From an uncultured virus (IMG/VR IMGVR_UViG_3300020044_008989) (Duplodnaviria > Heunggongvirae > Uroviricota > Caudoviricetes): a stretch of 64,000 nucleotides of DNA. Shown one piece after another: positions 18,718 to 26,944 of this stretch (its first letter is position 1; each line of letters begins with the position of its first letter). Where the stretch lies: the IMG/VR virus record IMGVR_UViG_3300020044_008989, positions 32,001-96,000 of that record; one strand, written 5' to 3'. Under the pieces are notes generated by a model that did not search any database, had not been told where the DNA came from, and saw only the letters and a program-made list of their open reading frames with translations. Both the position numbers and the translations under genes were made by a program.

Positions 18718-19620
18718 GTGTTAATTTCACGAACATCCATCATCTCTGGCATCACTAGAGAAAAAGAATTGCCAATTACCCAAGACCAAATCAACGCTTG
18801 GGTAAACGGAGAAGTTTTGCAAAACGCTTTTCCAGATTTGCCCCCAGAAGATCGGGAATTTTTTAAGTCTGGCATAACAGAGGAAGAATGGAACCACTAT
18901 ATTGTGGAGCCAGAAATCCCAGTAGAGGAAGCGTCTATTAATGGGGAGCAAATCCTTGGGATCATACCAGACGATTCGCTGGAACGCGTTGCCGCTAATA
19001 ACGATGGCATCCCAATCAAAACTATCCCAGAATACCGTCCTCCGTCCAAGAGAATCTATTCCACAAAAAACTTTCGCCCCGACAAACTTAGACAGTTGCG
19101 ACCAGTTCTCAAGTATCTTTCGCCGCAAATTATCTTGGCAGGTGGCAGTCTTCGCACAATTTTAAATCGCGCCCATGAAGATGTACAGGATTTTGATTTG
19201 TTTTTTACCTCATTTGAGGCGGTTGGAGGTTTGAGAGAAAGGCTTGTTCAGGATGGTTGGGCCAATACCTTTACTTGTCCCGAGGAGAAACTCTTCTCTT
19301 ACAAAAGGGGAAACCACAAACTCCAACTAATTTGCGAAACAGAATATCTTGGCGGCGGCGAATTAATTTCTTCTTTTGATATGTCGGCTGGATGTGCTGC
19401 CTTGCATGAAGGAGTAATATTTTTCACGCGACAATTTGTTCGTTCGGTTTGGACAAAGAAGCTCAGGATGATGAATGTGTCTTTTCCAGTAGCGACCATC
19501 AAGAGACTGGTGAAGTATGCTCAGAAGGGTTATTCAATCTCGGAAGCTGCGGAAGATTTCATGAGAGAAATTAGTGGGAAAACCTTCAATGGCGACGACT
19601 TTAGACATTATATAGACTAA
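18718..19620 (+). CDS. Nucleotidyltransferase (Pol-beta superfamily; CCA/poly(A) polymerase head-like) with extra N-terminal domain
   Basis: IILAGGSLR...DVQDFDLFF; SFDM; leaderless promoter upstream. Confidence 0.75.
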   Translation: MLISRTSIISGITREKELPITQDQINAWVNGEVLQNAFPDLPPEDREFFKSGITEEEWNHYIVEPEIPVEEASINGEQILGIIPDDSLERVAANNDGIPIKTIPEYRPPSKRIYSTKNFRPDKLRQLRPVLKYLSPQIILAGGSLRTILNRAHEDVQDFDLFFTSFEAVGGLRERLVQDGWANTFTCPEEKLFSYKRGNHKLQLICETEYLGGGELISSFDMSAGCAALHEGVIFFTRQFVRSVWTKKLRMMNVSFPVATIKRLVKYAQKGYSISEAAEDFMREISGKTFNGDDFRHYID

Positions 19621-19621
19621 C

Positions 19622-19888
19622 ATGATTAAAATCAAAGAAATCCTTAACTATGGCGGCGCTTGCCCCTTTCAAATTGACGCATTGACGGATGATAACAGAA
19701 GAATCTATGGCCGTTATAGATATGGCCGCGTTAGGGTTTACGTCGGCAAAACTGGTGATTTAACCGAAGATGCTGCTGTTGATGGGGATTTGCTTTTCTC
19801 GAATCTCGTTGGCGGTGAATACGATGGATACATGTCCCTAGAAGAGTTTAAGGAAGAAACCAAGGGCATACTAGATTGGCCGCAGTGA
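19622..19888 (+). CDS. Hypothetical protein
   Basis: ACPFQ...IYGRYRYG; operon-packed. Confidence 0.55.
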   Translation: MIKIKEILNYGGACPFQIDALTDDNRRIYGRYRYGRVRVYVGKTGDLTEDAAVDGDLLFSNLVGGEYDGYMSLEEFKEETKGILDWPQ

Positions 19889-20550
19889 TTAATCCCCTCA
19901 ATCAGTTAGTCGGGAAGCCATTTGTTTATACAGTTGTATTGTTTAGAATACCCAAGTCGGCCAGTTCGTCTTTATTCCTTGCGTGTGGGCAGAAAAATTT
20001 ATTTTGCCGCGAAGAAAAACTTCTTGAGGAGAAACTTCGGGCTGATAAAAAATACGGCGGATTATTTTCGGCCACACATATTCTTCCATTAGAGTCATAT
20101 AAAATATTTGGGCGAGGCATATTAAATTTCCTGTCCATCGCTTGCGTAAGAAATCCTTATGAAAGACAGGTCTCGCAATACAGTTTCTCTAAAAACAAAG
20201 GCTTTGGGAAGTATTATGGGTTGCCAGAAAACGGCTCTTTTGAAGATTACTGTGAAATTTTATGGAAACGCCGAAATGATAAAACTTTTTGGCCCGCAAT
20301 TTTACAAAGTGATTATGTTTTTGGAGTGGTTCCGATTAAATTTTTAATGAGATTTGAGACGCTACGCAAAGATTGGGCGCGTCTCTTAGAAGAGTATCAA
20401 ATAAAGGATTTGCCACGAGAGTTGCCGTGGGAGAATAAAACAGAGCACGCTCCATGGCAGGAATACATTACAGATAGGAGCAAGGAAATTTTGGACGATG
20501 TTCTGAACGACGACTTTTCTCGTCTCGGGTACGAGAAAGAAATCGTTTGA
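19885..20550 (+). CDS. Sulfotransferase (Sulfotransfer_2 family)
   Basis: FRIPKSASSS (5'-PSB loop); VRNPYERQVSQY (3'-PB); RFETL. Confidence 0.85.
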   Translation: MINPLNQLVGKPFVYTVVLFRIPKSASSSLFLACGQKNLFCREEKLLEEKLRADKKYGGLFSATHILPLESYKIFGRGILNFLSIACVRNPYERQVSQYSFSKNKGFGKYYGLPENGSFEDYCEILWKRRNDKTFWPAILQSDYVFGVVPIKFLMRFETLRKDWARLLEEYQIKDLPRELPWENKTEHAPWQEYITDRSKEILDDVLNDDFSRLGYEKEIV

Positions 20551-20579
20551 CAACTCCGTTAAGTATAGCATAGTAAAAT

Positions 20580-20816
20580 ATGACTACAAACATCACCTTC
20601 ATTGGAGCAAATTCCCTCTTTGACCATTTGCGCGGCAAATCTTTTGACTGTTCAATTGAATATGTCGGGGAAAACATGCACGAAATATTTATCCCCGCCG
20701 AAAATAAGTCCTTGCTGTTTGACGTTAAGGATTGTATAATCCAGAACGCTGTTCAACTTCATGGCATTCTTCAAGACGACAGTTCCGTTGGCCGCGTAGC
20801 AATTCAATTAAACTAA
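20580..20816 (+). CDS. Hypothetical protein
   Basis: Leaderless promoter, TTGACA at 20547. Confidence 0.5.
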   Translation: MTTNITFIGANSLFDHLRGKSFDCSIEYVGENMHEIFIPAENKSLLFDVKDCIIQNAVQLHGILQDDSSVGRVAIQLN

Positions 20817-20817
20817 T

Positions 20818-21018
20818 ATGAAAATCCTCCACCCACAAAACCTAATTTGGGCACTTCTCCTTTCTGGGGCGACAATTTTAGCTGCCGATTCGGTTAAAAC
20901 CCTGGCAACATACCAACAAATCTTCGCCGATAAAAAGATCACCTTGACAGAAAAAATGTCCTGGCTAGATTATTCGATGCTGAGAAACAAGAAAGGGTTT
21001 GTAAAATATGAAGATTGA
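20818..21018 (+). CDS. Small protein with hydrophobic N-terminus
   Basis: LIWALLLSGATILAA. Confidence 0.4.
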   Translation: MKILHPQNLIWALLLSGATILAADSVKTLATYQQIFADKKITLTEKMSWLDYSMLRNKKGFVKYED

Positions 21019-21217
21019 ATTGCCATGTGTCGCGGTTTACGCCGTCAAATCAAGCGTTGATTCTGAACTCCAGTACGGGATGGAAGTCAATGTTGTCGAG
21101 TATTTTCCCAAGCGAAAGTCTTACGATATTGAAAGAGGGGGCCAATACTATTACGTTGATCCAACAGAGCTATACTTCCCTCAGTTGAATACCTATAACC
21201 AAGAATGCTTTAACTGA
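21008..21217 (+). CDS. Hypothetical protein
   Basis: Operon-packed ORF. Confidence 0.45.
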   Translation: MKIELPCVAVYAVKSSVDSELQYGMEVNVVEYFPKRKSYDIERGGQYYYVDPTELYFPQLNTYNQECFN

Positions 21218-21468
21218 AATGTGTTTACTACCAGCGGCAGTTGTATTTGTAGGGTGTCTAGCCGTTATGACGGCAGACGAGTTTAGAACTGGCAAAGACG
21301 CAACAGAAGGTCATGTTAAAGTGGCGTTTTTGGCTACTATTCTTTTTGCCGTTTTGGGTATTATTTTTCGATGAATAAATTTTTGGATATACTCTTCGAC
21401 GCAGTAGCACTAATAATCTTAGCCGCAATTAAAATTTGTGATTGGGCGCAAAAAACTTTTAAAAACTT

Positions 21469-22128
21469 ATGATTAAAAAACAAAAAATCCAATCAATCGT
21501 CAACTGCTTTGAAACTGGCAGCGCCACAGGTAACTATGGAGACGTGTCCATTTTTGCAGACGGCAAAGGCGGAACTCGACAAATCACATTTGGCCGTTCT
21601 CAGACTACCGAACAGTCACACCTAAAGGAATTGTTGGAGAGATATGTTGCTGCTAATGGCAAACTGGCAAATGAGATTAAAGCAGGAATCCCCAAGTTAA
21701 ACAAGGGAGCGGTTAACGATAAAACTTTTATTGCGGCGCTTAAAAATTCTGGGAGCGACCCAGTTATGAAAGACGTTCAAGATAAATTTTTCGACGAAAA
21801 GTATTGGAATCTCGCAATGAAATGGGCCACAACTAATGGATTCGATGAGAATTTGTCGCTGTTGGTGATTTATGATTCGTTTATTCACTCAGGGGGAATC
21901 TTGGATTTCTTAAGAAAGAGATTCTCGGCAACTGTTCCAAAAAGTGGCGGCGACGAAAAAGAGTGGATCACTCAGTATATTAATGTTCGCCATGATTGGC
22001 TAAAGAATCACTCAAACACTATTCTCCGCAAAACAATTTATCGCACAAATGATATGAAACGAGCAATCGCCGTAAAAGACTGGAATTTAGATTTGACATT
22101 TGTGGCGAATGGAGTTAAAGTGTCATAA
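21469..22128 (+). CDS. GH46 chitosanase-like glycoside hydrolase, probable endolysin
   Basis: IVNCFETG; ADG...ITFG; VQDKFFDEKYW; IYDSFIHSG. Confidence 0.75.
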   Translation: MIKKQKIQSIVNCFETGSATGNYGDVSIFADGKGGTRQITFGRSQTTEQSHLKELLERYVAANGKLANEIKAGIPKLNKGAVNDKTFIAALKNSGSDPVMKDVQDKFFDEKYWNLAMKWATTNGFDENLSLLVIYDSFIHSGGILDFLRKRFSATVPKSGGDEKEWITQYINVRHDWLKNHSNTILRKTIYRTNDMKRAIAVKDWNLDLTFVANGVKVS

Positions 22129-22144
22129 CAGCAAAACAAATAAC

Positions 22145-22453
22145 ATGACCCTCAAAAACACAATCCTAATTAGCGCCGCTACTTATTTTTTTCTTAATTT
22201 CATCCTTTGGTTGATGGGGTGGATGGTTTGGCCCATTATTTGGGTGGGGAGTGGATATGCCGCTCAGAAATACGTTGAAAATCATGATGGAAAGAAAATG
22301 GAGGGCGAAGAGCGCTACTATTTTCTATTGGGTCCAGTCTTAGTTTTGATTTGCCTTGGGTTTTGGATTGCGGAAAATTTCGAATTTCCTAAATTCAGAA
22401 ACCCTTTCATTTGGCCCGAAAAAGAGTTTGACAAACAAGAAAACAAAGATTAA
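22145..22453 (+). CDS. Membrane protein
   Basis: Two or three hydrophobic segments; immediately after the lysin. Confidence 0.55.
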   Translation: MTLKNTILISAATYFFLNFILWLMGWMVWPIIWVGSGYAAQKYVENHDGKKMEGEERYYFLLGPVLVLICLGFWIAENFEFPKFRNPFIWPEKEFDKQENKD

Positions 22454-22486
22454 CTTACCAGCGTAACCCCAAAACCCCACAAACAC

Positions 22487-22681
22487 ATGTACTCCCTCCT
22501 AAACAACTGGAAATACAAAGAAGACAAACTCGCCAACATTCGCAAAAATTTGTGCGACAAAGGCATATCCTCAGAAGCGGCGATTGCCGACACTTGGATT
22601 GACCAGCAGCGAAATAATCGAGCCTACGACAACATCTGGAAGAAGCTCCAACATCGGAGAGTTGTTTCTGGGTTGGTATAA
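22487..22681 (+). CDS. Hypothetical protein
   Basis: TTGACA at 22428 and C/A-rich leader. Confidence 0.5.
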   Translation: MYSLLNNWKYKEDKLANIRKNLCDKGISSEAAIADTWIDQQRNNRAYDNIWKKLQHRRVVSGLV

Positions 22682-22785
22682 GAATTTTGCCGTGCCTCCG
22701 CTGGCCGACCCGAAAGTTGTCGGGGAAGTCTCAAATAGCGCACCTCTGTAAGTTTGCGGGGGAGTTTGAGAGCGGCGAAAAATTT

Positions 22786-22856
22786 GATGCCACCTGACTT
22801 CGGGTTGAAGCGGTGATACCAGTGACGTAAGTGGGTTCGACTCCCACCACGCATCG
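22786..22856 (+). ncRNA. Degenerate tRNA-like element A
   Basis: T-arm GTGGG-TTCGACT-CCCAC; closing GATGC/GCATC; no canonical anticodon arm. Confidence 0.45.
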
Positions 22857-22899
22857 CGGAGAATTGCAACCTGCCGACAACGTGGTTGCTTAAATTTTT

Positions 22900-22992
22900 G
22901 GGAACTCCCTTTGGAGGGTGGGTAAGCGCGCTGTAGTTGGGTCGCTCCTAATTGCATAAAAGCCCAAGCTGGTTCGATTCCAGCAGTTTCCA
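22900..22992 (+). ncRNA. tRNA-like element B (Ala-type acceptor, extended central helix)
   Basis: Acceptor GGGAACT/AGTTTCC plus A; T-arm GCTGG-TTCGATT-CCAGC. Confidence 0.7.
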
Positions 22993-23187
22993 CATTTTAA
23001 AGACCTTCGGTTACTTGGGTTATGGATTGCCCTTAAAATCCCGCCTCGCAAGGGGAGTAAAAAACATTAACCGCCGAACATGGGTAATCAAGAAGACCCT
23101 CAGTAGCGCAAGCCTTTTGTGTAGAAAACGGGACTGGAACGGATAGGTAAAGGCCACCAGTGACAGCTTAGAGAGACAGCATTTTAT

Positions 23188-23291
23188 GGGGGCGTGGCAA
23201 CAATAAGCTGTTATAGCAAAGCCTAACGGTAGGGCTTCGGAACAGGCACTAGACGCCGATTGCCTTGAGGGTTCGATCCCCTCCGTCCCCT
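23188..23291 (+). ncRNA. tRNA-like element C
   Basis: Acceptor GGGGGCG/CGTCCCC; T-arm GAGGG-TTCGATC-CCCTC; nested internal stems. Confidence 0.7.
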
Positions 23292-23394
23292 CAATTTTCT
23301 AAACAATGAGAGCCTAATGCAAAACGGGCCACTCCCGAAAGGGATGAATGGGGACTTTTCGAGCATCGAAAGTGGCAATTCTCATTTCCAATTT

Positions 23395-23492
23395 AAGCGT
23401 ATAGTGTAACGGCAGCACACTCAAGTCCGAGACGGCGAAAGCTGGAGTAGGCATGCAAATGGAGGGAGAAAGTTCGATTCTTTCTGCGCTTA
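23395..23492 (+). ncRNA. tRNA-like element D (canonical D-arm, insertion in the anticodon arm)
   Basis: Acceptor AAGCGTA/TGCGCTT; D-arm TAGTGTAACGGCAGCAC; T-arm GAAAG-TTCGATT-CTTTC. Confidence 0.7.
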
Positions 23493-23530
23493 ATTACTTG
23501 ACTTGTTAGTTTCTTCATTTATGTTGACCC

Positions 23531-24442
23531 ATGACCAAATACTCCGCCATCATTCTCCCCGACAAAGTTTTCATTGCCGACGCCCTTAACAAGGAGTGGT
23601 ATATGACAAACCTAGACAACGGCTTTCTTTTTGACGGTCAAAAAGCTATCCCTACCCACAAAAAAGGGTGGTATGAACTGCCAAGTCTTCCAAAGAAAGT
23701 GGAGAGGTTTATGAAACCACAGCAAAAATGCGTCTCCTATAAACTAGGGGATGGATTCGTGGCTTCCGACAAACTTCCTCAAGAAGTGAGTCCTGAATTC
23801 TTTGCTTGGGATAGTGACTTAGAGGCCCACGACAACTCAGAAATCATGGGCTTATATGAACCAATCTACTCCCAAGACCCAGAATACTTGGAGCAAATTG
23901 AGTTCGAAATCTCCACAATCGCCCACAAAAATTCCGATTGGAAATTTATCGCCGCGCCTAAAAACGTTCAACATTATGTGCTTGATGAAATCTTAAACCA
24001 TCCCAGCCTTCTCCAAGATGAAAAGTGTTTTCTCTCCTCAGAAGAGAGTTATAAGAGAATCAGAGAGTTTGTAAAGTTAAATATCAATCCTCGGGTTGCT
24101 TATGTTAGTTCTGATTACGATTTTCACTTTGAAGCGTCTAAAAAGATCGTCCTACATGAGAAAGAAAAGTTTCAGCGCAACGTTAAACCTTTCGCTAAGC
24201 GTCCAAAATATGTTGACGATTACAGGTTAGATCGAAAGGTTAGCGTTTATGACATTATCCCCAAAGAGGAACAAAGAAAATCCTATTCGACACACAGCCA
24301 TGTAGCCCCAAAATTCGAGGGCGCGAACTATCAGGATTTAGAAGATAATATTAACAGCTATTTGAGCGAACTAATTGAAAAAATCAACGAACCCCTGCAA
24401 GACTGCCCTCATTGTAAAGGTAGAGGGGTGATTAATCCATGA
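23531..24442 (+). CDS. Hypothetical phage protein with C-terminal CxxCxGxG
   Basis: 303 aa; DCPHCKGRG; leaderless promoter TTGACT(23498)/TATGTT(23520). Confidence 0.7.
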   Translation: MTKYSAIILPDKVFIADALNKEWYMTNLDNGFLFDGQKAIPTHKKGWYELPSLPKKVERFMKPQQKCVSYKLGDGFVASDKLPQEVSPEFFAWDSDLEAHDNSEIMGLYEPIYSQDPEYLEQIEFEISTIAHKNSDWKFIAAPKNVQHYVLDEILNHPSLLQDEKCFLSSEESYKRIREFVKLNINPRVAYVSSDYDFHFEASKKIVLHEKEKFQRNVKPFAKRPKYVDDYRLDRKVSVYDIIPKEEQRKSYSTHSHVAPKFEGANYQDLEDNINSYLSELIEKINEPLQDCPHCKGRGVINP

Positions 24443-24663
24443 ACTTAATCCAAAAACTCGAATCCGACGTTTCCCAAGCCGCTGAATATGGCGGACTACC
24501 CAATTTTTATACCAGAACAGAACTTCGACAAATTATTGCGGCGCTAAAAGTTGGTCAAATGTTAGTTGATCACATTAAAGTTTTCGATTTAAATCCCACG
24601 GTAGAAAACTTAGACGAGTTAGATAAAATCATCCAAGTCTGGAACGACTCAATCAACCCATGA
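24439..24663 (+). CDS. Hypothetical protein
   Basis: ATGA coupling on both sides. Confidence 0.5.
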   Translation: MNLIQKLESDVSQAAEYGGLPNFYTRTELRQIIAALKVGQMLVDHIKVFDLNPTVENLDELDKIIQVWNDSINP

Positions 24664-24923
24664 ATCCCTTCGTTACAATCAACCTTCTCTTGGAACTCGG
24701 TGTCCAATACCTAAAGCTACGCATTAAAAACACAGTCTTAGATACATTAGACAAATTTGACAGCCGCATTGACAAACTAGACGAGCGGCGAAGAAAATTA
24801 AGGGCCGAAAATAATTCCGCCGCCCAAGAAGAAGCGGGGCGTTTACTGGATGAAATCGTGGAAGAAAAGAAGAAGTTTAAGATTTACATGAATCAACTTG
24901 ACGGCGAAACAAAACAAGGCTAA
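24660..24923 (+). CDS. Coiled-coil protein with hydrophobic N-terminus (i-spanin-like candidate)
   Basis: FVTINLLLELGV followed by a charged coiled coil; lipoprotein gene nearby. Confidence 0.35.
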   Translation: MNPFVTINLLLELGVQYLKLRIKNTVLDTLDKFDSRIDKLDERRRKLRAENNSAAQEEAGRLLDEIVEEKKKFKIYMNQLDGETKQG

Positions 24924-24932
24924 ATTAGCAAC

Positions 24933-25118
24933 ATGATGCCCAAACCACCTTTTGCCGTAAAATTCCCCACGGAGTTCCCATTTGAGAGCCAGATTGTGGA
25001 CGCCGATAATAATGTGGTGTTTGAATTGCAGTATAACTTTTTCAGTAATTGCTTTGATGAAGTCGCATTCATTGAATCCGTAGTAGAAACCCTGAATAAA
25101 CCAATCCCCCAACCATGA
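24933..25118 (+). CDS. Hypothetical protein
   Basis: Operon-packed ORF. Confidence 0.45.
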   Translation: MMPKPPFAVKFPTEFPFESQIVDADNNVVFELQYNFFSNCFDEVAFIESVVETLNKPIPQP

Positions 25119-25318
25119 GAATCCTCCTAGCATCCCTACTCCTAGTCTCCTGCCAAACAAAACAGGTTGATAGGCAAATTTATCAACCAGAGGTTTTAAT
25201 AATTGACAAAGGAACTATCGTTCATACAATAGACGGTATTTTTATCAGTCCCGAAAAACAAGTATGGTTTTCAAAGAAAACAGTTGAGCGGCTCGAAACA
25301 ATTATTTCAAACCTATGA
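25115..25318 (+). CDS. Small lipoprotein (o-spanin-like candidate)
   Basis: MRILLASLLLVSC lipobox. Confidence 0.5.
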   Translation: MRILLASLLLVSCQTKQVDRQIYQPEVLIIDKGTIVHTIDGIFISPEKQVWFSKKTVERLETIISNL

Positions 25319-25474
25319 ATCTAAACTACGAAACAATTCTGGCCCGCGCCAATAAATTCTACAGAGAGGCGAAACTAGAAATTTACCCCGCTTATTCTGA
25401 CGAAGACTTTGAAATCAAGAGTGATCAAGTGAAGGCTATTTTGAAAGCTCTAATTGAGGAGTTGAACAAGTAAT

Positions 25475-25732
25475 ATGACCTTAAAACAATTCGAAAAAGA
25501 CCTAGAAAACAAACTCTCCGCAATGTCCGACGAAGAATTAAAAGCTTCTTTGCGCCGTGCTGGATGTAAGTTCGAAAACGACATTCTTATAGAACACCAA
25601 TCACCCGCTGGCCCATACTGGTATCACCCCGACCATCCGCTTTGCCAAGATGGGCAAGTGTTGTGGGAATTTCCAGAGGATGAAGATGAATCAGAAACCG
25701 ACTACAAAACGAGCCTAAAGAACGACTATTAA
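25475..25732 (+). CDS. Hypothetical protein
   Basis: ORF in a co-oriented run. Confidence 0.45.
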   Translation: MTLKQFEKDLENKLSAMSDEELKASLRRAGCKFENDILIEHQSPAGPYWYHPDHPLCQDGQVLWEFPEDEDESETDYKTSLKNDY

Positions 25733-25797
25733 TATGAGGCATTTAATCTTTACTCATATCCTATAACTAGGATTACTGTTTATGTGTAACATTGTTT

Positions 25798-26319
25798 ATG
25801 TCACCTAAAACAGTTAAGTATATATGTCCAATTTGCAATAAAGAGTCCATAACTACAAAATGGAGGTTCGATAGAAAAAAAACTCCATTTTGCAAAAACT
25901 GCGTTACTACAGGGACTCAAACAGGAATAAAAAAACCTCAAATCTCTGGAGAAAATAGTGGTCGCTGGGGAGGAGGGAGATATATTTCGTCGGATGGTTA
26001 TGAAATGGTTAAGTGCGAGAACGAGTTCCATTCCTCGGGAAGGCAAAAATACAAGAAAGCACATATACTTATCGTTGAAGAATCTTTGGGTAGAGAATTA
26101 AATACTCAACGAGGCTACATGGGCGAGCAAATCCATCATGTGGATGGAGATAAGTTAAATAATTCCCTAGACAATCTAGTTCTCTGCAAGGATACGAGGG
26201 AACATAGAAATCTTCATTGTCAATTAGAAAAGATTTCGCTTGAACTGGTTAGAGAAGGTGTTATAGTTTTTGATCATACGAAAAAAGAATACAAAATAAA
26301 TGAAAGCAGAATTACTTAA
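25798..26319 (+). CDS. HNH endonuclease
   Basis: CPIC...CKNC; WGGG; HILIVE...IHHVDGDKLNNSLDNL. Confidence 0.85.
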   Translation: MSPKTVKYICPICNKESITTKWRFDRKKTPFCKNCVTTGTQTGIKKPQISGENSGRWGGGRYISSDGYEMVKCENEFHSSGRQKYKKAHILIVEESLGRELNTQRGYMGEQIHHVDGDKLNNSLDNLVLCKDTREHRNLHCQLEKISLELVREGVIVFDHTKKEYKINESRIT

Positions 26320-26944
26320 TCATTTTGGCAACGATCTTATGGTTGCTAATATTGCCCGCGTCTCATACAATAAAGAAACTCAGAAATTTGAGGAAAAAGA
26401 CACCAAACTCCTAAAATACCTTGCTTCACATGGTCATACAACTCCGTTCCGTCACCCGCAGTTGCAATTTAGGATCGAATGTCCAATCTTTGTAGAGCGC
26501 CAACTATTCACTCATCAGGTTGGATGGGCGCGAAATTCCATTAGTGGAAGGTATGTAGATTTCTCCGACTCCTATTGGTTGCCAGAACAATTGAGGCTGC
26601 AATCAAGAGACTCCAAACAGGGAAGCGCCGAAGATATTTCTAAGGATGCAAATGATTACTACTTGTCTAAGATGAAGTCCGTGGTTGACCTTGCTAAGGA
26701 GGTTTATGACGAGATGTGCGGGGCTAGTATCGCAAAAGAGCAATGTAGAATTATTCTCCCTCTGGCCCTAGAGACAAAGTTCATTTGGACTGGCAGCTTT
26801 CATGCTTTCGTTCACCTTTGTAATTTGCGCCTAAAGAAAGACGCGCAGAAAGAAACTCGGGACTTAGTGGCGGAAATGCTTAGTCTCGTCAAGAATATCG
26901 AGGGCAATCCATTCCAACATACAGTCGCCGCCTTTAACCTATGA
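26300..26944 (+). CDS. thyX: FAD-dependent thymidylate synthase
   Basis: ARVSY; GHTTPFRH; RQLFTHQ...NSISGRY; AKEQCRIILP; LRLKKDAQKE. Confidence 0.95.
   Translation: MKAELLNHFGNDLMVANIARVSYNKETQKFEEKDTKLLKYLASHGHTTPFRHPQLQFRIECPIFVERQLFTHQVGWARNSISGRYVDFSDSYWLPEQLRLQSRDSKQGSAEDISKDANDYYLSKMKSVVDLAKEVYDEMCGASIAKEQCRIILPLALETKFIWTGSFHAFVHLCNLRLKKDAQKETRDLVAEMLSLVKNIEGNPFQHTVAAFNL

Noticed and set aside
22571-23146. ORFs 22571-22993(-), 22624-22869(-) and 22952-23146(+)
   Set aside because: They overlap structured RNA elements and have no protein-like motifs or promoter
23188-23291. Element C as tmRNA or tRNA-Sec
   Set aside because: No G3.U70 or A73, no tag reading frame, far too short for tmRNA; no TCA anticodon loop
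23305-23387. Twister or hammerhead ribozyme suggested by TAATGCA and GAAA loops
   Set aside because: Remaining catalytic-core consensus not found by eye; kept only as an unclassified structure
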